Program-made: the position numbers and the translations under genes | Shown here: positions 54,591 through 63,516 of the stretch, in pieces | How the letters are laid out: each line of letters opens with the position of its first letter | Position numbering within the stretch: the first letter of the stretch is position 1 | Notes under the pieces: generated by a model | Database searches by the model: none | What the model was told of the DNA's origin: nothing | What the model saw: only the letters and a program-made list of their open reading frames with translations | From: an uncultured Gemmatimonadales bacterium | GTDB lineage: Bacteria > Gemmatimonadota > Gemmatimonadetes > Gemmatimonadales > GWC2-71-9 | Length of the DNA: 64,000 nucleotides | Direction: 5' to 3' | Assembly (NCBI GenBank): GCA_963779755.1 | Contig: CAVZZO010000003.1 | Coordinates: 704,939 to 768,938, forward strand

Positions 54591-55751
54591 TTACTTGTCG
54601 CTGACGTTGCCCGACGGACCGGCCGGCGGGCGGGGGGTACTATCCACCACGGGAAGCTGGCGCCGCTGGCGTACCTGGTGCACGCCGGTGGCGATCGCGT
54701 GAGCGGCCACGCCGCCCGCCGCGCCCAGCGCCAGCGCCGCGCCCAGGAAGTCCACCCGGCTCTCGACGCCGAACCCGCCCACGTTGGGCAGGCGGCCGTA
54801 GAACGGGGTCATCGAGTCCCAGAACCCGACCTCGGTACACCCGATGCAGGGGTGGCCCGCGCCGATGGGCCAGTTGGTCCGCGTATTCCACAGGAAGATG
54901 GGACAGGGCGAGAAGGTGGCGGGCCCCTTGCACCCCACCTTGTAGAGGCACCAGCCCTTCCGGGCCGCCTCGTCGTCGAAGGTTTCCACGAACTGGCCCG
55001 CGTCGAAGTTCGCGCGCCGCGTGCACTGGTCGTGGATCCGCGAGCCGTAGGCGAACTCGGGCCGGCCCTGCGCGTCGAGCGCCGGGAGGCTGCCGAAGGT
55101 GAGATAGTGCACCAGGGTCGCGGTGATGGTATCGGCAATCGGCGGGCACCCGGCGATGTTGACCACCGGCTTGTCCTTGACGACACTGCTGACGCCCACC
55201 GCCCCGGTGGGATTGGGCCGCGCCGCCTGCACGTTGCCCCAGTGCGCGCATGCCCCCACCGCCACCACGGCGGCCGCCCCCTTGGCCCCTTCCTCCAGAA
55301 TCTCCTTCGCCGTCCGCCCCGCGATGGTGGTGTAGATCCCGCCTTCGTTGAGGGGCACCGAGCCGGTGACCACCAGCACGTACTTCCCGTAGTTGTCCTT
55401 CATGGCGGCCTGCAGCGCCGCTTCGGCATGATCCCCCGCCGCCGCCATGAGATTCTCCTGGAAGTCCAGGGAGATCAGATCCAGCACCAGATCACCGATC
55501 GTCGGATCGGCGGTGCGGAGGACCGACTCGGTGCAGCCGGTACACTCCTGCAGGGAAAGCCAGACCACGCTGGGGCGCTTCACGGCCTGCAGCGCCATCG
55601 CCATCCGGGGCGCGGCGGCACTGCTCAGTCCGAGAATGACGCACATCTCCCCGCAGAAGGAGAGAAAGTCACGACGGGAGACGCCGCGCTTCTCCAGATG
55701 TTCGCCGAGGGTCTCCCCCTCGGTCCAGGGATCGCTGCTGATCGAAAACAT
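54591..55751 (-). CDS. [NiFe] hydrogenase small subunit with a Tat signal and a C-terminal membrane anchor
   Basis: SRRDFLSF twin-arginine signal. WLSLQECTGCTES proximal-cluster motif. C-terminal hydrophobic helix. GGAGG RBS before the ATG at 55751. Confidence 0.93.
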   Translation of the reverse strand: MFSISSDPWTEGETLGEHLEKRGVSRRDFLSFCGEMCVILGLSSAAAPRMAMALQAVKRPSVVWLSLQECTGCTESVLRTADPTIGDLVLDLISLDFQENLMAAAGDHAEAALQAAMKDNYGKYVLVVTGSVPLNEGGIYTTIAGRTAKEILEEGAKGAAAVVAVGACAHWGNVQAARPNPTGAVGVSSVVKDKPVVNIAGCPPIADTITATLVHYLTFGSLPALDAQGRPEFAYGSRIHDQCTRRANFDAGQFVETFDDEAARKGWCLYKVGCKGPATFSPCPIFLWNTRTNWPIGAGHPCIGCTEVGFWDSMTPFYGRLPNVGGFGVESRVDFLGAALALGAAGGVAAHAIATGVHQVRQRRQLPVVDSTPRPPAGPSGNVSDK

Positions 55752-55871
55752 CGCGTGTCCTCCGGTCCAGAAGCCTGATGGTTGGACCGGCGGCGGGAGG
55801 GGGCCGCCGTCGGGGCCCGATACGCCAGCAAGGCGGATGATCGGCGAGCGCAAACATGACCGCCGCTTCAT

Positions 55872-55900
55872 GAAGAACTTCTTAATTCGGGGTTAATTAA
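55872..55900. promoter_or_regulatory. AT-rich palindromic island between the hydrogenase and V-ATPase operons
   Basis: GAAGAACTTCTT (palindrome AAGAA-C-TTCTT) overlapping TTAATTCGGGGTTAATTAA (TTAATT direct repeat). This is the only AT-rich patch in the 218-bp divergent spacer. Confidence 0.5.
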
Positions 55901-55969
55901 TCGTTCCCGTGCTCCGGCGAATATTCCCCAGGCCCGTGGGCTCCACGGTCCGCGGCGCGGGAAGGGAAC

Positions 55970-56344
55970 ATGACGAACCACCGGAGGCGCGGCGCAGCAG
56001 GCCCGGTCGCACCACAGGACCTGGACCGGCTGATCGAGGCGGAACGGTCCCTGGCGTCCCGGTTGCAGCAGGCCCGGGACGAGGCTGCTGCCTTGGTGGC
56101 CGCGGCGCGGGAGGAGGCCCTGGCCCGCCGCCGGGCCGTCGCCGACGCGGCCGCCGCCCGGCGGCGCGAGGCGGAGCGGGAGGTTGCCAGGACTCGTGAG
56201 CAACGGCTGCGCGAGATCGCCGGGGAGTGGCAACGCCGCGCCGCCTGCCTGGAGCAGGTGTCGAAACCCCGGCAGGCGGAGCTCGCCGACCGGCTCATCC
56301 GGCAGGTGCTGGCCGGATCCGCCGGACGGGAGGCTCCGCCATGA
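55970..56344 (+). CDS. V/A-type ATPase peripheral-stalk subunit (G/H-like)
   Basis: 124 aa, Ala/Arg/Glu-rich single long helix. It is the first gene of the operon and has an ATGA overlap with subunit I. Confidence 0.6.
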   Translation: MTNHRRRGAAGPVAPQDLDRLIEAERSLASRLQQARDEAAALVAAAREEALARRRAVADAAAARRREAEREVARTREQRLREIAGEWQRRAACLEQVSKPRQAELADRLIRQVLAGSAGREAPP

Positions 56345-58254
56345 TCCTCCCCATGGCGCGGGTACGCATCATGGGCCGGCGCGGCGCGCTGCCCGGGATC
56401 CTGCGGACGATCCAGGACGCAGGCGTGGTGCACCTCTCCCCCGCACCGGAGCTCCCGTCGGTGCCGCCGCGCGAGCCGGCCCCGGCGGAGGCGCGCTGCC
56501 GCCGGAACCTGCTCCGCCTCCTCGATGATGTCGACGCCGCCCTCGCCCTCATGGGAAGCCCGCCGCCCGCCGGAACCGTGCCGGGCGAAGCGGACCAGCC
56601 GCTGGGCGCCTGGGCCCGGCTGGCCCGGCGCACCCGGCGCCAGGCCGCTACGCTGCAACAGACCCGCAGCACCCTGGAGGAGGAGCAGGCCCTCATTCTC
56701 AAGTACCGCGGGTTGTTCGCGGCCTTCGAGCCCGCCCTGCGGGCCGACCACCGCTGGGAGCTGGGCCGGGCCTACATCGTGGTGCTTCGCCCGGGCCAGT
56801 CCGGCAGCATCCCCCGCCTCCAGGAAGGCCTCGCCCGCGCCGTAGGCGATGGGTTCGAGCTGCGCTCCCATACCCTGGCCGGCGGGGAGACCGCCGTGCT
56901 GCTGCTGGTTCCCGCCTCGGCTGCCGAACATGTCGAGAAGATCCTGGCCGAGGCCGGCGCTCAGGACATTCCCGTCCCCGCCGCATACGGCGGCCGGTCG
57001 CTGGCCGAGTCGGTGCCCCGGATGCTGGAGCGGCTGGAGGTCATTCCGGGGGAGCTGGCGCGCGTCGAGTCCGAGCGGGACCGGCTGCGCGCCCGCGATG
57101 GACGGACCCTGGCCACCGTCAGGCAGGCGTTGCACGACCGGCTGGCCCGCCTCGAGGCCCTCGACTATTCCCGGGTCACCGACCACGCCTGCGTGCTGGA
57201 GGGCTGGGTGCCTGCTCAGCTTCTCTCCCGGCTGGAGGGCCGGCTGGAACGCGACCTGGACCAGACCGTCACGCTCGAGGTGGTAGGCGAGGACCACTGG
57301 TCGGGCACCGAGCCCCCGGTGGTGCTCTCCAACCCGCGGCTCTTTCAGCCCTTCGAGCTGCTCATCCGGCTGATGCCGCTGCCCCGTTACGGCAGCATCG
57401 ATCCCACGCCGTTCGTGGCCGTCTTCTTCCCCATGTTCTTCGGCCTCATCGTGGGCGACGCGGGCTACGGCGTGGTGCTGGCCGGCCTGGGACTGCTCCT
57501 GCACCGGCGCAGCCGGCCCGGGACCGTGCTCCGCTCGGCGGCCCGGATCGCCGGCGCCTGCGCCGCCTTCTCCATCATTTTCGGCCTGCTGTACGGCGAA
57601 ATCTTCGGCGATCTGGGCCGCCGGCTCCTGGGACTCCGTCCGCTCTGGTTCGACCGGGAAGAGGCCGTGGTGCCCTTCCTGGGACTGGCGGTAGCGCTCG
57701 GGCTGGTGCATGTGCTGCTGGGACTGGGCCTGGGAGTGGTGAGCGCCTTCCGCGGCCACCGGCGGCAGGCGCTCGGGCGCGGCATCTCCATGCTCATGGT
57801 GGTGCTGCTCCTGCTGGCCCTGCTGGCGGCCCTCGAGGTGCTGCCGGGCGCGCTCCTCACCCCGGCGGTGATCGCCCTGCTCGCCGCATTCCCGGTGCTG
57901 GTGATCGCGGAAGGCATTGTCGCCCCGGTCGAGCTGCTGTCCACGGTCGGCAATATCCTGTCCTACGCCCGTATCATGGCGCTGGGCACGGCGTCGGTCA
58001 TGCTCGCCGTGGTGGCGAACCGCATGGTGGGCGCCATGGGGAGCGTCGTGGTGGGGGTCATCTTCGCCCTGCTCTTTCACGTGGTGAACTTCGCCCTCGC
58101 CCTCTTCAGCCCCACCATCCACGCACTGCGTCTCCACTACGTGGAGTTCTTCGGCAAGTTCTACAGCCCCGGCGGCGTGGAGTATCACCCGCTCACTCAC
58201 TGGAAACCCGAGACGGCCGCGCACCTCGCACCGGCCGAAAGGAGCCATGCATGA
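56341..58254 (+). CDS. atpI: V/A-type ATPase subunit I (a)
   Basis: 637 aa. Soluble N-terminal half (MILPMARVRIMGRR…) and a polytopic C-terminal half with …LSYARIMALG…HALRLHYVEFF. Confidence 0.9.
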   Translation: MILPMARVRIMGRRGALPGILRTIQDAGVVHLSPAPELPSVPPREPAPAEARCRRNLLRLLDDVDAALALMGSPPPAGTVPGEADQPLGAWARLARRTRRQAATLQQTRSTLEEEQALILKYRGLFAAFEPALRADHRWELGRAYIVVLRPGQSGSIPRLQEGLARAVGDGFELRSHTLAGGETAVLLLVPASAAEHVEKILAEAGAQDIPVPAAYGGRSLAESVPRMLERLEVIPGELARVESERDRLRARDGRTLATVRQALHDRLARLEALDYSRVTDHACVLEGWVPAQLLSRLEGRLERDLDQTVTLEVVGEDHWSGTEPPVVLSNPRLFQPFELLIRLMPLPRYGSIDPTPFVAVFFPMFFGLIVGDAGYGVVLAGLGLLLHRRSRPGTVLRSAARIAGACAAFSIIFGLLYGEIFGDLGRRLLGLRPLWFDREEAVVPFLGLAVALGLVHVLLGLGLGVVSAFRGHRRQALGRGISMLMVVLLLLALLAALEVLPGALLTPAVIALLAAFPVLVIAEGIVAPVELLSTVGNILSYARIMALGTASVMLAVVANRMVGAMGSVVVGVIFALLFHVVNFALALFSPTIHALRLHYVEFFGKFYSPGGVEYHPLTHWKPETAAHLAPAERSHA

Positions 58255-58472
58255 ACGTCGTATGGATCACCCTGAGCGCCGCCCTGGCCATCGGCATTCC
58301 CGCGATCGCCACCGCCTGGGCGCAGTCGCGCATCGGGCCCGCGGCGGCGGCCAGCCTGGCGGAGAAACCCGAGCTGAGCACCACGGCGATCATCATGCTC
58401 GCCATCCCCGAAACCATGGTGATCCTGGGCTTCGTGGTTGCCGTGCTCATCATGCTGCGCGCGGGAGGCTGA
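58251..58472 (+). CDS. atpK: V/A-type ATPase proteolipid subunit K (c), two-helix form
   Basis: 73 aa. Helix 1 …IATAWAQSRIGPAAA… and helix 2 …IIMLAIPETMVILGFVVAVLIML with the carboxylate Glu. Confidence 0.88.
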   Translation: MNVVWITLSAALAIGIPAIATAWAQSRIGPAAAASLAEKPELSTTAIIMLAIPETMVILGFVVAVLIMLRAGG

Positions 58473-58474
58473 GC

Positions 58475-59071
58475 GTGCCGCTGGAGCAGCTGCTGCGGTC
58501 GCTGGCAACGGAAACCGAGGACGCCGCCCGGCGCCTGCTGGACGAGGCCCGGGCATCGGCGCGCGCCCTGGTCGACGCCGCCGAGACGGCGGCCGGCCGG
58601 CAGGCCGCCGGGGCGCAGGAACAGGAGGAAGCCGCGCAGCGCGAGGCGTTGGAGCGGGATCTGGCCGCCTGTCGCCGGGAAGGACGCCTGCACTGGCTGC
58701 GCGCCCGCGCGGAGCTGCTCGACCGGATCTTCGCCCTGGCGCACGCCCGGCTGCCCGAAATTGCCGCCGGCGCCGACTATGGCGCGAGCATACCCGCCGA
58801 GCTGGATCTGGCGCTGCCCTTCCTGGAAGACACCGCCTGCGTGGTGCACTGCCCGCCGGCGCACGCCGCGGTGGCGCGCCGGCACCTGGCCGGCCGCCCG
58901 GAGATCCGGGTCGAGGCCGACCTCCCCGACGGCCTGCGGATCGTGGCGTGCGACGGCAGCGTCGAGGTGGATCGTACGCTGTCGCGGCGGGTGGACAGTC
59001 TTCGCGTCCCGCTGAGTGTGAACCTGCTTCAGGAGCTGTACGCCGAATGCGACCAGTCTGGGACGACGTAA
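58475..59071 (+). CDS. atpE: V/A-type ATPase subunit E
   Basis: GTG start after a GGGAGG RBS. N-terminal long helix and C-terminal globular domain ending …RLSVNLLQELY-like. Assigned mainly by position in the operon. Confidence 0.7.
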   Translation: MPLEQLLRSLATETEDAARRLLDEARASARALVDAAETAAGRQAAGAQEQEEAAQREALERDLAACRREGRLHWLRARAELLDRIFALAHARLPEIAAGADYGASIPAELDLALPFLEDTACVVHCPPAHAAVARRHLAGRPEIRVEADLPDGLRIVACDGSVEVDRTLSRRVDSLRVPLSVNLLQELYAECDQSGTT

Positions 59072-60057
59072 TCGCGCGGGTCAGGGGTCTGCGAACCCAC
59101 CTGCTCACCCGGGAGACGCTGCGCGATCTGGCGCGGGAGTCCCGGCCGGCGGGCGTGGCGCACCGCCTGGCCCAGGCCGGCTATCAGCTGGACCCCGGCG
59201 CAGCCTCCGCCGGAAGCCTGGAGCTGGCCATCCGGCGGACGGCGGCCGGCCGGATGGGCACCCTGGCGCGCTGGTGCCGGGCGCGGACCGCGGTGCTTCG
59301 CGTGGTATTCGAGGACGAGGATCGCCGCTCCCTGCGGCAGATTCTGCGCGGCATGGTGGACGGGTCGGCGCCGGACCTGCGGCTGGCCGGACTGATCCCG
59401 ACACCAGCCCTCCCGGAACGGGCCCTGGAGGAGCTGGCGCGGTGTGACACCGTGGCGTCCGCCGCCGCGCTGCTGACCGCCTGGGGACATCCCGCCGCGC
59501 CGGTGCTCCTCGCCGCCGGGGCCGCCCGCCGGCCGGCGCTGCTGCCACTCGAGGTGGCGCTCACCCGCCGCTTCGCCGGACGCGCACTCGCGGCCGCGCG
59601 GAAGGACGGCACGCTGCGCGGATTTGTGCGCGAGGGCATCGACCTGGAAAATGTCTGGACCGCCGCGGTGCTGGCGGGCAATGCCCCCGACCTCGATCCA
59701 GCCAGCTGCTTCGTCCCGGGCGGGGCGCGCATCACCCCCCAGCTGGTGTGCGAGGCCGCCGCCCTGCCCGACGCCGGATCGGCGCTCCGCCGGCTGGCGG
59801 CGGAGTTGGGACGTACCCGCCTGGCGCAGGCGCTGCTCCAGGCGGCGGACCGGCCCTGGGATATCGAACAGCTTGTGCTGGCCGCACGCGAACAGGACCA
59901 GATCGACCGTATGCGGCTCATGCCGCTCAGCCTGGCGCCGGTGCTGAGCTACGTCCTGGGAGTCCGGCTGGAGGTGATGGCCCTCCAGCGCATCATCTGG
60001 GGCGCAGAGCTGGGCGCGCCCGGCGCGGCCCGCCTGCTGGAAGAAGCCCTCGTATGA
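59047..60057 (+). CDS. atpC: V/A-type ATPase subunit C (d)
   Basis: 336 aa, helical. Sits between E and F. MRPVWDDVIARVRGLRTHLL…. Confidence 0.72.
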   Translation: MRPVWDDVIARVRGLRTHLLTRETLRDLARESRPAGVAHRLAQAGYQLDPGAASAGSLELAIRRTAAGRMGTLARWCRARTAVLRVVFEDEDRRSLRQILRGMVDGSAPDLRLAGLIPTPALPERALEELARCDTVASAAALLTAWGHPAAPVLLAAGAARRPALLPLEVALTRRFAGRALAAARKDGTLRGFVREGIDLENVWTAAVLAGNAPDLDPASCFVPGGARITPQLVCEAAALPDAGSALRRLAAELGRTRLAQALLQAADRPWDIEQLVLAAREQDQIDRMRLMPLSLAPVLSYVLGVRLEVMALQRIIWGAELGAPGAARLLEEALV

Positions 60058-60383
60058 AGGCGCAGGTGCGAGTGCTCTGCCGCCCCGGTACCGCTGCGGG
60101 CTTCGCGCTGGCGGGTCTCCGCCCGGTCGAGGCGGACGATCCCGCCAGCGGCGCGCTGCGGCTGCTGGAACTGCTGCGGCAGAAAGACGTCGGCGTGGTG
60201 CTGGTGGAAGACACCATCCACGACGCGCTCTCGCCCGACATCCGCCGCCAGCTCAGCCGCCGACCGGTGCCCATGGTGGTTCCCTTCCCCTCGGCCCGCT
60301 GGGCCCCGCCGGCAGAGGAAGCCGACACCTACATCGCGGAGCTGCTGCGCCAGGCGATCGGCTATCGCGTGAGGTTGCTGTGA
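60054..60383 (+). CDS. atpF: V/A-type ATPase subunit F
   Basis: 109 aa. …GTAAGFALAGLRPVEADD…VGVVLVEDTI… ATGA overlap upstream and GTGA overlap downstream. Confidence 0.78.
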   Translation: MKAQVRVLCRPGTAAGFALAGLRPVEADDPASGALRLLELLRQKDVGVVLVEDTIHDALSPDIRRQLSRRPVPMVVPFPSARWAPPAEEADTYIAELLRQAIGYRVRLL

Positions 60384-62131
60384 ACCGGGTCGCGCACATC
60401 TCGCGGATCACCGGCACGCTGGTGGAGGCGCGCCCCCTGCTGGGGGCCGGGCTCTACGAGCTCGCCCGCGTCGGCGCCGGCGGCCTGCTGGCCGAAGTGA
60501 TCCGGGTGGAAGGCGAGATGGCGACATTGCAGGTGTACGAGGAAACCACCGGGCTGCAGATCGGCGAGCCGGTCACCTTGTCGGGCCATGCGCTCACGGT
60601 GCAGCTGGGGCCGGGGCTGCTGGGCGCGGTGGTGGACGGATTGGGCCGCCCGCTGGCCCATCTGGCCCGCGCAGCCGGCAGCTTCATCCAGCCGGGCATG
60701 GACGCGCCCACGCTCGACAGCGCGGCTCTGTGGGAGTTCCGGCCGGCGGTCCAGCGGGGCGACCGGGTGGCCGAGGGCGACATGCTGGGAGACCTGGAAG
60801 AACGCCCCGGCTTCATGCACCGCGTCCTGGTGCCGCCCGGGATGGCCGGCACGGTCCGGACCATCCACGCCGGTCCCTGCTCCATCGCCGACGTGATCGC
60901 CGCGCTGGATGAGGGCGGCGAGATCGGCCTGGCGCAGCACTGGCCGGTACGCCGCCCCCGCCCGGTCGCGCAGCGCCTGGCCGACGACCGCCCCTTTGTG
61001 ACCGGGCAACGGGTCTTCGACTTTCTGTTCCCCGCGGCGGAGGGCGGGAGCGTCGCGGTGCCCGGCGGCTTCGGGACGGGAAAGACGGTGATCGAGCAGT
61101 CGCTGGCGCGCTATGGCGCGGCCGATGTCATGGTCTACATCGGGTGCGGCGAGCGCGGCAACGAGATGGCCGAAGTCCTGAATGAATTTCCCCGGCTCAC
61201 CGATCCCCGCACGGGCCGGTCCATCATGGACCGCACCGTCATGGTGGTGAACACCTCCAACATGCCGGTGGCGGCACGCGAGGCCTCGGTGTACCTGGGG
61301 GTGACCATCGCCGAGTACTACCGCGATATGGGCTACCGCGTGGCGGTCATGGCCGACAGCCTCTCCCGCTGGGCGGAAGCGTTGCGGGAGATCAGCGCCA
61401 GGCTGCAGGAAATGCCGGGCGAGGAAGGATACCCCACCTACCTCGCCAACCGGATGGGACAGTTCTTCGAGCGCGCCGCGCGGGTGCGGACGCTGGGATC
61501 GCCCCCGCGCGAGGGCGCGCTCACGCTCATCAGCGCCATCTCCCCGCCGGGCGGAGATTTCTCCGAGCCGGTAACCCAGGCAGCGCTGCGGGTGGTGGGA
61601 GCGGTCTGGGCGCTGGATCCCGACATGGCGCACCAGCGCCAGTTTCCGGCGGTGGACTGGGAGACCAGCTACAGTCTCTATGCCGAGGGGGTCGCGCCCT
61701 GGCTCGAGCGCGAAGGCGGCCCCGGCTGGTCCGGCCTGCGGACCGACCTTCTGGCCCTGCTGCAGCGGGGCCGCGAGCTGCGGGAGATCGCCGCACTGGT
61801 GGGAGCGGAAGCCCTGCAGGACCAGGATCGCGTCACCCTGGAGACGGTGCGGGCCATCCGGGAAGCCGTGCTGGGCCAGAGCGCCTTCGACCCGAATGAC
61901 GCCAGTTCCCCGTTGCGGAAGACCTGGTTGCTGGCCCATCTGGCCCTGCGGTTCCACTCGGCGGCGCTGCGGGCCCTGGAGGCCGGGGCCACCTTTGCCG
62001 CGCTCGATCTCAATCCCTCCCGCCACGCGCTGTATGCCGTGCGCGACGCGGGGCCCGAGGACCTGGAGCGCGCCGCGCAGCAGGCGGAGACCGTGCTGGA
62101 CCGGCTGGCGCCCGCGGAGAGCGGCGTATGA
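60380..62131 (+). CDS. atpA: V/A-type ATPase catalytic subunit A
   Basis: 583 aa. Walker A PGGFGTGKTV, the non-homologous insert region, …GERGNEM…. Confidence 0.95.
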   Translation: MNRVAHISRITGTLVEARPLLGAGLYELARVGAGGLLAEVIRVEGEMATLQVYEETTGLQIGEPVTLSGHALTVQLGPGLLGAVVDGLGRPLAHLARAAGSFIQPGMDAPTLDSAALWEFRPAVQRGDRVAEGDMLGDLEERPGFMHRVLVPPGMAGTVRTIHAGPCSIADVIAALDEGGEIGLAQHWPVRRPRPVAQRLADDRPFVTGQRVFDFLFPAAEGGSVAVPGGFGTGKTVIEQSLARYGAADVMVYIGCGERGNEMAEVLNEFPRLTDPRTGRSIMDRTVMVVNTSNMPVAAREASVYLGVTIAEYYRDMGYRVAVMADSLSRWAEALREISARLQEMPGEEGYPTYLANRMGQFFERAARVRTLGSPPREGALTLISAISPPGGDFSEPVTQAALRVVGAVWALDPDMAHQRQFPAVDWETSYSLYAEGVAPWLEREGGPGWSGLRTDLLALLQRGRELREIAALVGAEALQDQDRVTLETVRAIREAVLGQSAFDPNDASSPLRKTWLLAHLALRFHSAALRALEAGATFAALDLNPSRHALYAVRDAGPEDLERAAQQAETVLDRLAPAESGV

Positions 62132-63516
62132 GCCCCGTTGCCGGGGTCGCCCGGGTGTATCACGGCGCCGATCGCGCCGCGGGGCCGCTGCTGTACGTCC
62201 CGCGGACCGGCCATGTGGCCATGGGCGAGTGGGTGACGCTCCGGATGCCGGGGCAACCCTCCCGCCGGGGCCAGGTGATCGACGCGGGAGAGACCGTCAC
62301 CGTCATTCAGGTGCTGGAGGAAACGATGGGGCTGGCACCGGCCAGCGCCGAGATCACCCTGACCGGGGACGTCGCCCGCGTGGTCGTGGGCCGCGAGCTG
62401 CTGGGCCGGGCCTTCAACGGCGTGGGGGAACCCCTCGATGGCCTGCCCCCGCCCCTGGGGGAGGACCAGCGCCCCGCCTGGGGCGCCCCGATGAATCCCT
62501 CCGAGCGGGTGCCACCCGCCGAGTTCATCGAAACCGGCGTCTCGGCCATCGACGGGATGAACACCCTGGTGCGGGGACAGAAGCTCCCGATGTTCTCCGG
62601 GCCGGGGCTGCCCGCGCTGGAACTGGCGGCGCAGATCGTGGAAGGCGCGCGGGCTCCCCGGGGAGAACCATTCGCGGTGGTGTTCGTCGGGGTGGGCATT
62701 ACCGCCCGGGAGTCGCGCACCTTCCTCGACCGATTCGAGCGCAGCGGTGCCCTGGAGCGAAGCGTGCTCTATATCAATGAAGCGCGCGACCCGACCATCG
62801 AGCGGCTGCTGGCGCCACGCGTGGCGCTGGCCCAGGCGGAGTACCTGGCGTTCGAGGCCGGGATGCACGTCCTGGTGGTGATGGCCGACATGACCCCCTA
62901 CTGCGAGGCGCTGCGCGAGATCGCCACCGCCCGCGAGGAAATCCCCGGCCGGCGGGGTTTCCCCGGCTACATGTACACCGACCTGGCCACCATCTACGAG
63001 CGGGCCGGCATCCTCCGCGACCGCCCCGGCTCGCTCACGCAGTTGCCGATCGTGACCATGCCGGACGATGACATCACCCACCCCATCCCCGATCTGACCG
63101 GCTACATCACCGAAGGGCAGATCGTGCTGAGCCGGGACCTGCACCGGCGCGGGATCTACCCGCCTATCGATGTCATGCCCTCACTCTCCCGCCTGATGAA
63201 CGCCGGGACCGGCGCGGGGCGCACGGTGGCGGAGCACCGGAAATGGGCCGACCAGCTCTATGCCAGCTACGCCCAGGGGCGCGAAGCGCGCCTCATGTCG
63301 GCCATCGTGGGCGAGGCGGGGCTGGGGCCGGCCGACCGGCGCGCCCTGGCCTTCGCCGATCGATTCGAAGCCGAATTCGTGGGCCAGGGACCGAAGCGGC
63401 GCACCCTGGAGGAAACGCTGGCCATGGGATGGGCGCTGCTGGAAACCCTGCCCCGGGAGGATCTCAGCCGGATTCCGGACGACGTCTGGGCAGCCCGGCA
63501 GGCAGGGGCGCCATGA
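62128..63516 (+). CDS. atpB: V/A-type ATPase subunit B
   Basis: 462 aa. …RGQKLPMFSGPGLP…PGRRGFPGYMYTDLATIYERAG…. Confidence 0.95.
   Translation: MSPVAGVARVYHGADRAAGPLLYVPRTGHVAMGEWVTLRMPGQPSRRGQVIDAGETVTVIQVLEETMGLAPASAEITLTGDVARVVVGRELLGRAFNGVGEPLDGLPPPLGEDQRPAWGAPMNPSERVPPAEFIETGVSAIDGMNTLVRGQKLPMFSGPGLPALELAAQIVEGARAPRGEPFAVVFVGVGITARESRTFLDRFERSGALERSVLYINEARDPTIERLLAPRVALAQAEYLAFEAGMHVLVVMADMTPYCEALREIATAREEIPGRRGFPGYMYTDLATIYERAGILRDRPGSLTQLPIVTMPDDDITHPIPDLTGYITEGQIVLSRDLHRRGIYPPIDVMPSLSRLMNAGTGAGRTVAEHRKWADQLYASYAQGREARLMSAIVGEAGLGPADRRALAFADRFEAEFVGQGPKRRTLEETLAMGWALLETLPREDLSRIPDDVWAARQAGAP

Noticed and set aside
54591-55751. An O2-tolerant (six-cysteine proximal cluster) hydrogenase small subunit.
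   Set aside because: The proximal-cluster motif reads ECTGCTES, with Gly at the position of the supernumerary Cys. This indicates the standard type. Finer subgroup assignment cannot be made by eye.
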